Source: Octopus sinensis (Eukaryota). Taken from it: DNA of 64,000 nt. Below are positions 49,621 through 64,000 of the stretch, one piece after another; positions within the stretch are counted from its first letter, which is position 1, and the number at the start of each line of letters is the position of its first letter. Position numbers and translations under genes: made by a program. The notes under the pieces were generated by a model. That model had not been told where the DNA came from. It was given only the letters and a program-made list of their open reading frames with translations, and searched no databases. Location: the NCBI RefSeq assembly GCF_006345805.1, contig NC_043000.1:134974001-135038000 (forward strand). Direction: 5' to 3'.

Positions 49621-52560
49621 AAGAAAAAGAAGAAACAAAACTAAAAATTTAACTCGTAAATTTTGATATTTTTGTTTTTACTTCATCACGACACTGCTTG
49701 TTTATAAAGACTCTTGTCTGTTATTGATAATAATTGTACCTTGCAAGAACACCGAAAGCAGTTGATGCTACCGTTCAAAACATACCACATTTACTGTCAA
49801 GATAAAACTGTTTATTCATATTCAAAGCTGTTAAAAGTAGAACTGCTAAACATTTGAATAAAAAATAGGGTATATCCGTGTGCTGTTAAACGAGATAGGT
49901 CCTAACACATCGGACTGTTATCAGCTTTGGATTAAGTTTGGAATCTTAAAATATTTATGCAGCTAAATATTGCTATCCCTTTGAATCTAGCTCTTGACAA
50001 GCCCTTTTTACTTCCAACTGATCCTTTATTCCTAAATTATTTGAAATCAAAAATATCTACCAGCAAGCTACAATGTTCATTCATCATTTCTTCCCTTATA
50101 ATTCTAATAAATTGGAAGGAAATGTGTGATACTAAACTTGTGGCAGAACTGATTTCGTTACGTCTCTGCTCGTAATTCAATTGGTAAATTAAGACTTTGT
50201 ATTCAACTACAGCGGATGTATTGCACTTTCAGTCAAGTCATTTACTGAAAAATAGGTAACAATTGACCAGAGTATTATTTCAATAAATATTTATATCGCT
50301 TGCGTTGAAGTTTTACGGAGAAAATGGGTCAGCATATCATGTAAGAAATGGTATATTATACATGTAGTAATAATAAGTCATTTCTCCAATAAGCAAGAAT
50401 GACTTATAGAGCTTATACTTAAACTATTTGTATACTGAAATGATATTTTGGAAAAAAAATTCAGAACATTCAATGTGAATTCGAAGTCGACTAATGAAAA
50501 AAGAAATAAATAAATAAATTCACTTATGTATTACATAAGGGTGGCAGATTAGTAGAATCGTTGGATCGTCAGATAAATTTCGTTGCATTGTGTAGGTACA
50601 TTTCTTTAAGTTTTGAGCTCAAATCTTTTAATTTCTTCAGTATCGATAAAATAAATGCTTCTAGTTTAGTGATTAATATATCTTGTTAGTGAAGCATTCA
50701 TCACATCATGGCTGACTTTTAAGAAGGATAAAAATTTTATGTGCATACTTACACTGATTTAAAATTTAAGTTGAATAACATAATTCTTCTGAGAACAAAA
50801 TATCATTGTATCCCACTTTACTCTCTAAAAATTTCATAAGTGATGAAAAAACTGATGAAAAAACTCCCATTTTGAAAAATACAAACAGTAGATAAAAAAA
50901 ATATTCTTTCTTAAATATCCTCATTAAAGTAGCCATTTCTTTGCGAGTATCCATTTTAAACATTTTAATCTAAAGAATGTTGTATATTAGGAATAGCTCG
51001 CAGAATATTAATAGATCCAAGGAAAGAAAATAAAAGAATATTATTGGCTTCTTTCAAGAGTTTTGCCAAAAACATTAAATATAATTACGTTAAGATCAAA
51101 GAGGTAAAAGAACGTAGGTTTCTCTTTATTGCAAAAGAACTTTCAAAATTAGTGTTTTTATATATTAAATTAAGAGATTTAATCTTCCAAGTAAAATTCC
51201 TAACGTGAGGCATTTAAAATCCCGCCCCTATATTTTCTTTTATGTATTTAATTTTTGACTGGTACAAATAAAAAATAGTTCTAATAGCTGTGGTGTACTT
51301 AAAAGAGACGAACAGTTTTTAATACTTACCGAAACAGATTCATTGTTACTTGCCCATAGATTAACGCCTTAAGCTTTGAACTTATTGAGGTAGGGAGACA
51401 GTTTTATGCATGTCTCTGTGATATTAGCGAACTAAGGGAAGACAAATAGCCTTGAAGAGAAAGTAAAACGAGCTCGGAAAACGCGATATACCAGTATTGA
51501 TAATTACGCTGCATTATTCCAATTGCTAAAGTTACAAAACGATAGATAATACTATAAACTTATTCTAATTTACAGTTTTTTTTTTAACAAAATAACAAGT
51601 TCTTAGTTCAATATTGAAGACATTCTTTTGATGAGATGGATTTTTAAAAAAGTACCCTCGGTTGGAAATGACTGGCACAGTCTAGTAAATGTGATAAAAT
51701 TACTCAACTCCGACTCGGATGTGTCGCAAACTCATTCTGGTTGTCAGCAGCTTAGTTGCTACAACTTTACAATATTCGCACAAAAATGGTTTAGAATTTG
51801 TGAGGATGTACTAATAAATGAAAATACAATAAATTAAAAATAGAGAAAGCAAATAAACAAAGTTAAGCTAATGTTATTACTAATTGGTAAATAAGGTTTT
51901 GATATAAAATAAAGATGCATGTTTGGAAGGAATATTATTGTGACTATTATTATTTGTACGATGAGATTATGCGAATCTTAAAATTGCGGGTGGACTCTCT
52001 GTTGGTATTCCTGATGAACGTTGATTAACTAACGTACTTCCTGCATGTGAAATTAATGTATAACCGACTGAATATTCCGGAGAAACGTGTGCCCTTTACA
52101 CAGTTCTCTAGTGGATAATGCTGAACCTTTGAGTTCCAGATTCGCTCCAAAGAAAAAAAAGAAAGGCGAAGTAACTTTATAGTGATTCGAACACAGTCAA
52201 TGAGTTGGAATGAATATCGCAAGACAGTGAATCTGACGATCTATTGATTCTGCCATGTTGTCACTTGTGCCATTATTACATTCGTGGCTGAAACCAACTG
52301 TTGGATAGTAATATATTTTCCTCATTTCATATTAATCCAATGGATACATGATAAAGAGTTAGGAAACTTCTTATGTGCTAAACCATCGCTTGAAACGTAA
52401 CCACAAAACTCTCGAGGGTTTTATGTCGTATATGAAATTACCTTTGAAGGCTGATAAATAAACAAAGTTTTGTTTGAATTCTAGCATCATGGTGGGGGTT
52501 CTTATATTTATTTAATAATAATGATAACACTAATAATAATAATAATAATTATTATTATTA

Positions 52561-52599
<39 letters not shown>

Positions 52600-52632
52600 A
52601 GGAGTGGGCTTAAGTGGAACGCGGCCAAGGGA

Positions 52633-52699
<67 letters not shown>

Positions 52700-53257
52700 C
52701 TAATATTTGGAAAGAACATTATATAAAGAGAGAGAAGGGAGAGAGAGAATGGGTGAGTAAGAAATGATAATTCTACCAATATTACTGTTATTTATTTTAA
52801 CACTTCTCAAGGGAAGAAACGCTACAATAATCTGAATGGAATATGTCTGAATCCAGAACTTAGAAGGAAAAGAATAAATGTAAATTAATGTTACGCTGGC
52901 ATTCTCTTGGTCATGATGAAGATGATATGATGAGGATTTGAACAAATCAACAAGACAAAATGTTGCAGTGCCCATGATTTTTTCCCAGTCTGAGAATATG
53001 GATTCATTTTGAAGTTAAATTCCTGAAGGTCTACAACTGTACGAAGAATGTGGTCAGTGGACTTCTCACCGAGTAACTTGCTGGAAATACCAGAATTCAA
53101 TAAATGTGTTGTACAACAGAAGATGTGAAAGTGCTATTTTGACGATCCACGAAGTTGAATGCCTCTAAAATCTCTGTTTGGGGATGAGAAAGATGTGAAA
53201 TGGGCTGTTTAAAAATGATAAGCAGTAAAGAAAATGAAAATTTAATAACATCGAGCA

Positions 53258-53428
53258 GGCGCAGGAGTGGCTGTGTGGTAAGTAGCTTGCTAACCAACCA
53301 CATGGTTCCGGGTTCAGTCCCACTGCGTGGCATCTTGGGCAAGTGTCTTCTGCTATAGCCCCGGGCCGACCAATGCCTTGTGAGTGGATTTGGTAGACGG
53401 AAACTGAAAGAAGCCTGTAGTATATATG

Positions 53429-53461
<33 letters not shown>

Positions 53462-53672
53462 TTGTGTGTCTGTGTTTGTCCCCCTAGCATTGCTTGACAA
53501 CCGATGCTGGTGTGTTCACGTCCCCGTCACTTAGCGGTTCGGCAAAAGAGACCAATAGAATAAGTACTGAGCTTACAAAGAATAAGTCCCGGGGTCGATT
53601 TGCTCGACTAAAGGCGGTGATCCAGCATGGCCGCAGTCAAATGACTGAAACAAGTGAAAGAGTAAAAGAGAG
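53258..53672 (+). mobile_element. SINE family A, full length
   Basis: Consensus match. Confidence 0.9.
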
Positions 53673-54251
53673 CAAAGAGACACCTAAAAAAAATTCAGGT
53701 TTAAATATAAAAAAAGAACGAAATTGTTTATAACTTTAATAACAGTTATTACTAGCCATAAGGTTAGTTTCCTTTTGGCTATAATTACTAGCCAAAAGAA
53801 AACAATTGAAACAGATCAATTCTCAAGAAGAGAAAACGTATGGGATAGGTATGTTCCGAAAAATAATATCTCTTTGCCTTTTGAAGATATCGAAGAACCA
53901 GTGAGACGGGAGCACCATATCTCTGGATTGCTATAAACAGAGTGGAATTATTTGCTCCGTCAGAAACAAGTGAAGGCTGATGTGCATAATAACATCTCTT
54001 TCATCGCCCAGGGAAGGGCCTACATAACTCTATGCATATTGGTTAAAACTGAGGATGAAGCCAAAAAAACACGATAGGATAATATGTTACAGAACTATAC
54101 AGATGCTACGTAAATTTTTAATTCCTCTGCTTAACCCTCTTTCACATCTCTCGTTTTTAATAACTTCTCTACTCCACCCACTACGTCGTTAAAAGACTCG
54201 TGTTGAACGTTTCTTTGTATTTTTCCACCTTTGTGGCTAATAAAGATATTA

Positions 54252-54355
<104 letters not shown>

Positions 54356-55974
54356 TAAGGCAAGAGTTTTAAAAATAAACATGTCCATAGTATTTTCTAA
54401 CGATCCACCAATTTCAGGAGTGATTTAGTCATAAAGTTCAAATAGATTTGATTTCCTTTTTGAGATAAGTTCATATAACTAAAATTTAGTCTGTACTTAG
54501 GGAAACATGTCTCGGTGTTTTTAATCTATTTTCTATTTTCTTTTCGTCTTATTCGTAAAGGTTTGATCTTCGTTCGCAATAACGTCTCATGTTATATTTT
54601 ACTCTGTTTTTCTATGTCTGCACTGACTGAGATTTAAATCAAGAGCCTATATTTCACGCAGAATTCCAACATAAACACGGTATATACGGTACCGAAAGAT
54701 GAATGGAAATCAAAGCATTCAGAAAGGAGTGTTTTAGGGAAAAAGCAGAAAAGATGAGTTTAACAGTTCGGAAATTTTTTTTATCTAAATATTTCTCATT
54801 TCTAAAAAAAAAAATGGAATCTACAGAAAAAAAGAGAAACTTATTCCGAAAAGAAAAAAAATTGACATAAATATAATATAACGAATTTTATTTTTTCTAA
54901 TTTTTTTTTCTGCCAGTTTTTCTCCATTTCTTTATTTTCCTATCTATCAAGCTATCTCTATTTTAGTTCAGTGTATCTATCCGTATATAAAGATTCATGC
55001 TTATATGCGTGTGCGCGTGCGTATGTGTGTGCTCACGCGCAGAACGTGTAAATAAAATCATGTAGATTTATGTGATCCTTTAAGTGGTATTTCAAAAATT
55101 AATAAAATGCATTTAATCATATCTTGATGAACCCTTCTTTTACCAAAATATTCACAATGGAATGCCATTACTCTTTCGAAGATTAGGACTTTTGTGTTCC
55201 TCATACAATATTTGAAGTAGAGTGAAGAATAAATTTTGTCCGTCACAAATGTCGACTGTCACAACCATAAAGATATGGGAATTTTTTTCTCTAACCGATT
55301 AACTGACATATATGAAACTTAAGCTGCGTCCGAAACATGGTTTTCCCAGAACTTATCAAATGCGATGAAAACCCAAGCACGAGATATGGAGGAAATCCGT
55401 GCATGATCGCTTGACTGTCAAAGAGTAACAACTACATCTCACGAGTAAAGACAATGTAGCATTAACTAAAGTATATGAAAATGAATTAGTTCGATTTCGT
55501 TCAGAAACATCACTATTGGCTTTATACTAAACTTATAAAGAAGGAGAGAAAGAAAATAACCTTTATATTAAGACACAGAACTAATGGACGAAAACTTTGT
55601 GATGGAAATTAAATTGTTTACAGAGGTTATTGAAACATACATTATACCCTTCTTCCGCTTTCCCAGATACACGTATACTCAAGAACACAAAAATATAGAA
55701 AGTATATGCATACGATGGTTGTGAGTATTTGAAATAAAAATAGTGATTTATAACATTGGTTCAAAATTAAAACTTTATAGGGTGGAAACAATTGATTTAA
55801 TCGACTTCCACAGCACTTGACTGATATCTAAATTATAAGTGAAAGATTAAGTCCATATCGGGGGAATTTTAACTTAGATATGTAACAAAGTACTCTATCT
55901 CTTTTGTGTCCAGACAGCCGTGACATTTTCAAAGTTGAGCTGCTTGCAAAAGTTCATATTTAAAATGCTAACTT

Positions 55975-57750
55975 AAGCAAACTTCCAGATAATGCCAAAA
56001 CCAAGAGTGTGATACTGCAGAAACAGTACTGCTCTGTCTTCAGCAATCCTGATATGGCCGACCTGGACTGTATCAGTGATGTTAATCCTCAACACACTAT
56101 ATCGGACATAACGTTTGGCCCCCCTGATATTTTAGTGGCAATAAACGAAATTAAACACTATTCAGCAGCAGGCCCTGATATGATCCCTGCTTGTGTTCTG
56201 AAGATGAGTCGACATCAACTTGCATCTCCTCTTGCTAATCTGTGGAGGAACTCACTGGATGCTGGTTATATTCCTGAAAACTTTCTGTCCCGGTTTTCAA
56301 AATCGGAAATTAGCCCCTTGTAGTGAACTCCCATCCGATCTCACCTCTCATTCCATCAAGGTATTTGAGAGGGTGGTGAGATCCCGAATAACCCACTTTC
56401 TTGAAAGAAACAGACTGCTGAACTCCAACCAACATGGATTCCATAATGGGAGGAACTGCCTAACGCATCTCTTGCATCACGTTGATGACATTTTGAGAGC
56501 TTTGGGAGAAGGCTCTAACACCGATGTCATCTACCTTAATTTCAGCAAGGCCTTTGACAGGGTTGATCATAAGATTCTCTCGAAAACGCTATCCAACATT
56601 CGTGTCCCTAGGAAGTTACTTCAATGGATCAAGTGATTCCTGACAGACAAAATCCAACATGGTGTAATCGAAGGAGTAAAATCAAACCCTGCCAAAGTCA
56701 GTAGTGGTGTTCCGCAAGGCACTGTGTTGAGCCCACTTCTTTTCATCATCTACATCAATGACATCACTTACATCATCAAGCACTGCAAGAAAAGAGTCTT
56801 TGCAGATGATTCCAAGATCCAGAAGGTCATCAATGAAATGGGTGACCGGGCATGCCTTCAGTCAGTTCTACTGGCTGTCATCCAATCGGCGGAAAAGAAT
56901 AATATGCTGCTGAACGAGAACAAATTTGAGTTAATCCACTTCGGAAAAAAAGGATACCCTAAAACTCCCATACTCCCTTCCTTCAGGTGAAACTATCAGG
57001 GCATCCAACAACATCAGAGACTTGGGAGTAATTCTGGACAACATAAGCTGGGCCGCTCATATAAGCAGCAAAGTTGACATGGCCCGAAGAATGTGTTCCT
57101 GGATTCTCAGAACTATCCAGTCGATATATCCACACCATTATCCTACTCTTCTCCACTTTTGCGCGATCCCACCTTGAATCCCACTTTGGTCTCCACACAC
57201 GAAACAAAGTATCATGAAAGTTGAAGCACCTCAAAGGTCAATTACAAAAATGATAGATGGCACAACAGGCCTTGACTATTAGAGTAAACTAGGAAAGCTC
57301 AAGCTTTATTCTCTTCAACACCACAGTGAGGGCTACACCATGTGCACGATGTGGAAAATATTCCATCAGCATCGCACAAATGATGTTGGCATCACCTTTA
57401 AGATACACCAATGACTTGGATCCTGTGCTATCCGCCCACAACATAAATCATACTCGCATCACATAACAATACGGTACAATTATTTCACCTCAATTGGCCC
57501 CGCTCTCTTTAGCATTGCACCAAAACGCATTAAAACAGAAACAGACCCCATAAATTTCAAGAATTCTTGGACAAATTTCTTCAAGGAATTGGATAAACTT
57601 CCTACAACGGGATATGTCTCTGTAAAAATAACTCCCTACTTGAGTGGACCATGTTGTCCGATTCCTTATTTGAATGAATTCGCCAAGTGGTGCTATTTAG
57701 TTAGACATGGCGGGAGCCAATACTGGCCGAAACCTATCAAAGTATCAAAA
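55975..57750 (+). mobile_element. 5'-truncated CR1-group LINE, disrupted RT through 3' end
   Basis: SAAGPD, NQHGF, DVIYLNFSKAFDRVDH, SGVPQGTVLSPLLFIIYINDI, FADDSK, RDLGV; ends ctatcaaagtatcaaaa then (TA)n. Confidence 0.9.
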
Positions 57751-57771
57751 TATATATATAATATATATAAT

Positions 57772-57908
<137 letters not shown>

Positions 57909-58659
57909 ATATAATATATAATATATATATATAATATATAATATACATATAATATATACATATATATAATATATACACATATACTTATATATGTATGTGT
58001 GTGTGTGTGTGTGTGTGTAATTACATATGCGGACTCTGATACCTAAATATTTATTATATCTAGAAATTAAGATATGCTTCGTGTAAAGTATGATATTTTG
58101 TTGCTACTGTAGCATATAATAAAACCTCATATAGTTAAATCTGGGTAAAAGATTAAAGGAGTAAAACTTACATATTTGTTTACATTAACTGATCTTTTCA
58201 TATACTTCGTATTTGTAAATGTATAATATATCTAAACATATATTTGTAGATAGAAAAACATATTTGTACGTGAGGAAATTAAGAGAACAGTTTTGCATTA
58301 AAAATGTCCTGTAATAACTAAACAGATATGAAATTATATCCCCTTTATGTTAGTAAAATTATTTCGTTAGATACTGTTAAATAGAATTACACTCATATAT
58401 AATTCGATAATGGAATATTTCAGTGTAGTTATTTCCATCAGACAGTTTGACATATGATTCAACGGATTTGTACGCGAATCGTATATGAGCTTACATAAAA
58501 TCTTTTACAAATGCGATAGCTACGATTCCATTTATATTTATTAACTAAACGAATACTTTGATATTGATACAATATTTTGAAATAACATTTAATACTGACA
58601 CTAGAAAGTTCAACTTTTTAAATAGGTAAGCAAGTACAAAAATGTAAATAGGGTAAACT

Positions 58660-58788
58660 AGTCAGTAGTGGTGTTCCACAAGGCACTGTTTTGAGCCCAC
58701 TTCTTTTCATCATCTACATCAATGACATCACTTACATCATCAAGTACAGCAACAAAAGTGTCTTTGCAGATGATTCCAAGATCCAGAA
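58660..58788 (+). repeat. Isolated 129-bp copy of the RT core of the upstream LINE (56696-56824)
   Basis: Gap-free match with about 6 substitutions counted by eye. Confidence 0.85.
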
Positions 58789-59249
58789 TGCTAGCTTTTG
58801 ACTTAATGGCACAGATCATTAACGTAAGTAGGTTTTCATGCAAGATCACTTTATACAACTGAAATAATTTCTGTCAATAAGGTAAGATGTAAGCATTAAA
58901 CATTTCCCAATAAGATATTTCGACGATAGTCAAAAATATAAAAATAATAAAATAACGCTGGAATATTTTCATGGGACAAAAGAAATTGGTCTCAAATTAT
59001 TTAAACAAACATATAACTGAAAACAAATGGAACCAGTTAAACTGCTATTCGCAGGTACTGATAAGAGAAAGGGCATAGAAGGAAATATGCGTTGTAGAAA
59101 ATATATCGAACCAAAATTTGTCTAGAGCTCTGCAAAACAAACAGACTACATGGACCACCGAAAAGGGCCATCGTTTGAAGGAAACAGATCACAAGTGAAA
59201 ATTTCAACGTCTTCATGGGGTAATTACTAACTCAATAGAATATTTTCAA

Positions 59250-59720
59250 TATAACAGTATTACATGGTGATGTTGAGTCTTTCAATGACATAGATATAGT
59301 TGTCGCAAAAGCCGCCATAAACAGAATGAATATACACTCAACAACAAGCATTGATGGCTCTCTTAGTATGATCCTAAAATACATAAAAACAACCTTACTC
59401 AATCCACTTCAGTTACTTATCCAAAGCATTCTGGAAAGTGATTAAATTCTCTCAAAACTTAAATAAAATATATGCTCTGTCCAAAAGGGCGGAGCAAAGC
59501 AGGCACAAAAAACATTACAGGTCTATATTTCTGCCTTTACATATCAGAAAATTTATGGAAATAATATTCAAATAGAAACTGATTATGATTCTGAAGAATA
59601 GTAGTAATGTAATTACGCAGCAAAGTTTTCTCCTGGTCAGAAACTGTCTCACAGAGCTACTTCAGAATTACGACTGAATGCTAGATAAACTGTTCATCTA
59701 GCGAAAAGCAAATCTGCTCC
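59250..59720 (+). pseudogene. Old CR1-group RT remnant
   Basis: AINRMN...IDG...MILK, KGG, HYRSIFL..HIRKFME, RNCLTELL. Confidence 0.55.
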
Positions 59721-59884
59721 GAATTTCGTGACTTGGGTGTAGCTGGAAAGCAAGGGGAGAAACTACATGACTTTCTGAAAGACTGAAGTCAAATAAAATA
59801 CCATTCAGACAGATCCGCATTACAAATGCAATACTTTATTCAGCTAACCTATTCCAAAATATAATCTTTTCTACAATAGGAACA

Positions 59885-60076
59885 GGCTCTGAAATTTGGG
59901 AGAAGTTGGAGGCTAGTTGACCCTAGTGCTTAACTAATATTTATTTTATCTTCCACAAAAGGATGAAAGGCAAAGTCAACCTCGGCAGAATTGAAACTCA
60001 GAACATAAAAAGCCGGAAGAAATACTACTAAACATTTTATCCGGCGCGCTAATGATTCTGCCAGCTCACCGCCTTA
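59885..60076 (-). mobile_element. SINE family B, diverged
   Basis: aaggatgaaaggcaaagtcaacctcggcagaatt...ctgccagctcaccgcctt. Confidence 0.75.
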
Positions 60077-60799
60077 TATTCAAATATATCCAATTATTAT
60101 ACTAATAATGATATCAGTACCACATATTACGTAGGAATGACTCAGAAGAATTTCAATAAAGCTACTAAAACCACATTTCGTCTTTGCGAAACGAAAAGAG
60201 ATACACCACAACATTTTCAAGATATATAGGGAAATTAAAAATTGAAAACTTAACTATTTTAACATTTAATTAAATATAAGGAACCAAAACAAAATACGTA
60301 TCAATAGTTTCATGATTTACGGCTGACATGTTCTAGAGAATTTTTCAAATTTCAAATAAGCACAGGACCTCAAATGCTTGTTCAGGATTCTCAAACCTAT
60401 CCTCGTCTGTATCTAGTCCAGGAGGACTCGTGTTTCCAGCGAAAGGGATCTTACATGTAATTACTTGATCAGTAGCAAATACCAGCCAAACTTCTCTCAG
60501 ACAGTTCCCCAAATCCTCAAAAAAATTGATGGACACATAGTCGTTTGTAGTTAGGAATTTTCAAAATGACGGAATCTTCAAGGCTGAAATGTATTTGATT
60601 ATAACTACTTGGTCAGAGCAGACTCTGGAACCAAACGACAAGCACACACAGACATGAAATATGCATAGACACACATATATTCACACAAATGCATGTATAC
60701 ATACATACATACGCATACGGTTGCACACACACACACACATAAAGAAAGATAGAGGAAAAAGAATAAGAGTAGTATAAGTATAATAGTATAAGTAAAGTA

Positions 60800-61022
60800 C
60801 AGTAATACTTCGACTATCGCGGATGTTACATTCCAAAACAACCCCGCGCGATATGTGAAAATCCGCGAAGCAGAAGTAGTACTGTACTGTGTATTTTATA
60901 TTATTTTATATAGTTCGTATATATTTATTTTATATAAATTCAAAAGAACACCACAGAGGAATTGACGTAAGCTTAAATAATAAATCGCGATAGGTGAACC
61001 GCGATATGACGAGGGATTACCG
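60800..61022. mobile_element. pogo/Tigger-type MITE with TA TSD
   Basis: ta|cagtaatacttcgactatcgcggat ... aaccgcgatatgacgagggattaccg|ta imperfect TIRs. Confidence 0.75.
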
Positions 61023-63799
61023 TAATGGAGTGGTGGGGCGAATAATAAAATATTTGATGTGTTGTGATGTAAAGGGCCTTGTCAGTGCAATGTAAATAAT
61101 TAAGGGTGCATAGAGACGAATATGTACGAGCATGTATATTTGGAAAGAGAAAGTAATAAAGAAGAGTGAATGAATGAATGAAAATGAAACTAAGGAAGAA
61201 CAGAGAGGGGGGGAAAGAGTAAGATAGAAAGAAACGAAAGAAAGAGACATAGAGAAGCGGGTAGGGAACAATGTGTATTTTACAAATTAAATAATGTTCT
61301 CTGTGCGCTCTTAGTTGGTCATTAAAAGACAGCAGCTGTGTGTTCACCGACTACATGTTGCCTCCTCAACATGTGTTCATTTGAAGTAGGATTGTATTAT
61401 TATTTACATAGCGACATTAGCATAACTAAATCAGTGGAAGAAAAAGGATTGCTGCTGCTCCTGTTGTTATTTCTGTTTTTGTTTTTGTTGTTCTTTGTTT
61501 CTTTTTTTTGCGAAAAGAAAATTGTGAGGCCGCCGCACTAAATGCCTTTGAGTGTTTCGTTTCATCTCTTCTGTTCTTCAAAGGTCAATTCTCTCTTGGT
61601 TTGATTTGTGGTTTCATCCCTGAAGATCGATAAAATAAATTCCAGAACTACTTCAATATCTCATATCCCTTCCTCCATAATATTTACCATAACAAAGGAA
61701 ATCCTTACTTAAACCATTGCAGATTTAGTATAGTAATGAAACTCATACATTCAATTCACTAGTTATCGCCACATTTTCAAATTAGTTATCAAAAAGTAAA
61801 TTAGGTAATAGGTTTACATAGTTTCGATAATGTTCATGTACGTGGTTGAATATTCCGCGGAGACATGTATCCTTGATGTAATTATCGAGCAAAATCAGAG
61901 TGATACAGTATCACAAGTCTGGCCCTTTGAATTACAGGCACAAATTAACCCGAAGACTCTAGAGTTTTCAGCAACTAAATTTCACTTACAAGGTTTAGGT
62001 GACTCGAGGAATTCATAGAAGCTGCTACATTGTGAGATCGAATCCTAGATCTCGGGATTACGAAATAAACTTCTTGACCATTTAATTATACTGAGAGTAA
62101 ATAGCTCAGTCTGCTAATGCCAACACAATTAATCTTCATAGTACTCCACTTATTTGTGAGATGCCACAGACTGGATTTTGACAGCTGTAGCAGAAACTAG
62201 AAAACTGAAGTATTGAACTGTTTATCATTTACATCCCCCGAACCAGAAAACTATAACAAAATTGCCAACCAATATTTCATTTAGTCGATGAAACAATCAT
62301 ACCACTTGCTTTAACTTTCGAGCCACAAATGGCCAATTTCAATAAATTGCCATTTGAAACTACAAGAATTTGTTTGCGAAGGGAAAATAGTGAGCCTGTT
62401 TTGTGACTTAGGTGATTAACAGGTGTAGTATTTTGCCAAGTTGTGAGTTACATATACAACTATTCAAATCAGTACTACAACAAGGAATTTGGTATCCTAT
62501 CACCGATGATGTGCTGAACCTATGAAAAAGTTATTCAACTTTTGCCGACTCTGTGTACTTAGTTGTAAACAGGTGTACTTTGCTGCATTTCAGTTCTGTT
62601 AAAATAGTACACTTTCAAACTAACTTGTGACTTGCTAGCTTGCATTTCTGTGTTCAAACGAGTAAAACACCGATATATCTTGTCTACAAAAAATTATGCG
62701 TTTTATGTGTGTTTTAACATTCTTTCTAAACATTCCAGCATGATTTTCATGAATTATAAAATGAAATAGTTATGTGAATAAGGTGAGTGATTTGTTTCAA
62801 CGACATAATCCAACGAAAGCCAAAGATAAGCAAAATTTTCATTCATTGTTCATTACTTACATGTACGAAGTACCAGATTCGTGATAACTTAACTGCTTCA
62901 GAGTAACATAGTCACAAGGCCCGGTCGCTGGTTCATTGTTGTTTTTGTTTTTTAACCCCAAGTCAATTCTGATCAGTTAGAACTATGATCAAAGGCATTC
63001 TGGTTGTAGCCATCCTGTATTCCTTTTTTTTTTTTTTTTTGCTTATACACATTGTAATTAGAAGTAGTCATCTTAGTACCAGACAATTTTTGTTATTTTT
63101 TAGGGCGGCTAGAAGTACCAAGCTGCTCCGCAGAATTTTTTAAAGACTCTAGAAAATCCATATTAACACTGGCTTGGAGGAGCTTGTAAAATATATTTTT
63201 CATAATTTTTCATACAAAAATGACTAGTAAAACAAAGTAAGCAATAACCTTTTTTTTTTCTATGAATTTCAAACTCTAAAACTTTTGAAAATTTTTCCAT
63301 GCTCGAAGCCCCGTTTTTATAACTTGCTATGCGAAGATTACCAGTATTTTTTTCTTTGCTTGTTTTTTTTTTTTGTGGGAGATCCTTTGTGTTGCAAGGT
63401 CATAAAGATTGAGTTAGGGAGTAATATGAGTAATATGTGGCAGATCTAACTGATATTTAGAGCATTCATAGTGAATACGTAGAAGCTCCTTCGTTACATC
63501 TTCGAATGTATCAAAATTCAATACAAATGCCCGTTCACTACTTGAGCTTTGATAATAAATTAACAAATTCAATAAACACCTTAAAGTAAGAAGAAACCAG
63601 GTAATTATTAGGTATTTAATTTAGAATTGCCTAATATTTTAGCTCCTTCAAGTTTGTTCCATCTTTTCAATTCTATTCTATTTTGCTCTCAATCAATACT
63701 ACTTCTGGCACTGCTGAAGGAGATGGTGATAATGATGAAGGTTATTGAAGTGGAATTTGTGGAGGTGGCTGTATTACTTCTATTACACGTATGCTAAGT

Positions 63800-63817
63800 G
63801 TCTGTTTGTTTTTGTTG

Positions 63818-63849
<32 letters not shown>

Positions 63850-63975
63850 GAAGATGAAGATGAAGATGATGATACTGAAGTTGCTTGTGCTGCTGCTCGG
63901 GCTGTTACTGCTGTTAAGTTTGCTAATGTTACTGTTCTTGTTAATGACGATGATGATGTTATTACAGCTGTTGCT
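63800..63975. repeat. Decayed trinucleotide low-complexity tract (CTA/GAT/CTG)
   Basis: Direct reading. Confidence 0.8.
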
Positions 63976-64000
63976 TCTCTCTTATTAGCTGATTTTACTG

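Noticed and set aside
52005-52045. CTGATGA followed by an acgtt/aacgt stem
   Set aside because: No GAAA after the stem; single copy
52860-54100. Coding-like composition around the SINE at 53258
   Set aside because: No recognisable protein motif in any frame; may be an old transposon remnant
60476-60583. Possible minus-strand exon with tttcag acceptor and gtaaga donor
   Set aside because: All three frames contain stops and there are no supporting neighbouring exons; a non-coding exon cannot be judged from sequence

Overview
AT-rich, repeat-saturated animal intergenic or intronic DNA. The SINE families, (TA)/(TG)/(TAGA) microsatellite load and transposon mix resemble an octopod cephalopod genome (inference, not database-checked). 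I found no host protein-coding gene: almost all supplied ORFs are microsatellite or SINE read-throughs. Real coding remnants are all from transposons: R4/Dong-clade and CR1-group LINEs, Penelope-like (PLE) RTs, a Helitron RepHel fragment and a Chapaev3-like transposase. At least five tRNA-derived SINE families and several MITEs are present. The main discovery is a set of unrelated short non-autonomous PLE-type elements, each carrying a minimal type-I hammerhead ribozyme (HHR) motif. One family, with 6 motif copies, has the C3:G8 core pair swapped to G3:C8 (GUGAACA). Another fuses a tRNA-type Pol III head to an HHR and was inserted with an inverted terminal duplication and a 13-bp TSD, making it a candidate Penelope-mobilised ribozyme SINE. 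All motif calls were read by eye.
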